A stretch of DNA of 64,000 bases from Candidatus Woesebacteria bacterium (GTDB lineage: Bacteria; Patescibacteriota; Microgenomatia; UBA8517), in NCBI GenBank assembly GCA_016432365.1, contig CP066686.1, positions 128,355 to 192,354 of the forward strand, in the 5' to 3' direction. This document shows, piece after piece, positions 62,923 through 64,000 of the stretch. Positions within the stretch are counted from its first letter, which is position 1; the number at the start of each line of letters is the position of its first letter. The position numbers were made by a program, and so were the translations under genes. Under the pieces are notes generated by a model that worked only from the letters and a program-made list of their open reading frames with translations, was not told where the DNA came from and did not search any database.

Positions 62923-64000
62923 ATGTTCACAAAAACACTTTTTTTGGCAGAAAAGATTCTCGCCATCCTCACTGTTTTTTTATTACCAACACAACTGGCT
63001 CTTCATTTTTGGCCGTCTTACGCTTTTGTTTTTGGAATAAGAGTTGATTATCTATCCCCATCTATTTACTTGACGGACATTTTAGTATTTTGTCTAGTAT
63101 TTTTTTGGTTTATAAACGACAGAATAAATTTTATTAACTTTTTTAAACATTACAAATTGAAAATTTTTTTGTTTGTTTTGTTTGTTTTTTTTAACCTGTT
63201 TTTTTCGACATTCTTTTGGATATCGTTTTGGAAATGGGCAAAAGTGATTGAAATGGTTTTGTTTTCACTCTATATATATTTTCGTAAAGACTTTGTAGAA
63301 CAAAAGAACCTTTTAACTAGTTTGTTTATTTCTGCTGGATCTTTTTCGTTAATTGGAATATCTCAATTCTTATTAGGAAGAACGACCGGACTTTTCTATT
63401 TTTTGGGAGAGCGCACTTTCAATTCAATGACCCCGGGAATTGCCTTAGTTGAAATATACGGTAGGGATTTTATAAGGATATATTCTACTTTTTCTCACCC
63501 AAATTCTTTAGCGGGTTTTTTGGGTGGAATAATATTGTTGTTGCTTTACACGAAGGATTCGCTTAGGTGGAAACGGATTTTAATTATTCTTATTTGTTTT
63601 ATTGCTTTTTTTCTAACATTCTCGCTATCAGCGACAATGTCTTTATTTGTCGTAATTTTGTTATTAAAAACCAATCCACTAAAGAAGTTAGAAAGGAAAA
63701 TTGTATTGACCGTTTGCACACTTTCGTTAACTCTAAGCTTATTACTACCCCTCGTATCTCGCACTTTTTATACCCAATTTAATTTTATGGGAAAAAAATA
63801 CACTGAAAGAATTGACTTGGCATATGTTTCAGGCAGCATGATCAGCTCACATTTTTTTCAAGGAGTGGGTTTAAACAATTTCATAATAAACCTTCCAAAA
63901 CACAACGGTGTTTTTACCTACCAGTGGATCCTTCAGCCGGTTCATAACTCGTTCCTTTTAATTTTTTCCGAGACCGGCTTCATTGGACTTGCAGTATATT
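62923..64000 (+). CDS. O-antigen ligase / Wzy-like polytopic membrane protein (3' end beyond window)
   Basis: Open frame from ATG 62923 to the window end; it is absent from the ORF track because no stop is reached. Many TM helices, and the terminal QPVHNSFLLIFSETGFIGL matches the O-antigen ligase (Wzy_C) motif. Confidence 0.55.
   Translation, partial: MFTKTLFLAEKILAILTVFLLPTQLALHFWPSYAFVFGIRVDYLSPSIYLTDILVFCLVFFWFINDRINFINFFKHYKLKIFLFVLFVFFNLFFSTFFWISFWKWAKVIEMVLFSLYIYFRKDFVEQKNLLTSLFISAGSFSLIGISQFLLGRTTGLFYFLGERTFNSMTPGIALVEIYGRDFIRIYSTFSHPNSLAGFLGGIILLLLYTKDSLRWKRILIILICFIAFFLTFSLSATMSLFVVILLLKTNPLKKLERKIVLTVCTLSLTLSLLLPLVSRTFYTQFNFMGKKYTERIDLAYVSGSMISSHFFQGVGLNNFIINLPKHNGVFTYQWILQPVHNSFLLIFSETGFIGLAVY

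Overview
This 64 kb window looks like a small-genome, Candidate Phyla Radiation (Patescibacteria)-like bacterium. That placement is inference, based on many small proteins, leaderless genes driven by extended -10 TGATATAAT promoters, a tRNA with a group I intron, a four-helix-bundle (rRNA-IVS family) gene and a type IV secretion (T4SS)-like locus. Backbone genes that can be recognised: the 3' end of sufB; an Hsp20 gene with a CIRCE-like operator; a SucC-like/SucD-like pair followed by a citrate-synthase C-terminal-domain gene (candidate citryl-CoA synthetase/lyase module); the dnaG-rpoD operon; smpB plus tmRNA; and the chromosomal origin neighbourhood (dnaN, dnaA with DnaA boxes, rpmH-rnpA-yidD-yidC-jag). 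RNA genes: tRNA-Asn(GUU) interrupted by a ~212 nt ORF-less group I intron with a free-standing HNH endonuclease immediately upstream; all four tRNA-Ser isoacceptors (GGA, CGA, GCU, UGA); tRNA-Arg(GCG); and one class II tRNA with an anomalous ACU anticodon. The main accessory feature is a ~19 kb T4SS-like locus (38.3-57.1 kb). It contains eight tandem paralogous pilin-like two-TM proteins, a 920 aa Cys-rich secreted protein, a VirB6-like polytopic protein, a PrgI/VirB3-like protein, a split VirB4 ATPase and a 984 aa Gly/Ala-rich membrane protein carrying a C-terminal HExxH motif. One entry of the supplied ORF track (10520..11377) is labelled + but translates only on the minus strand.
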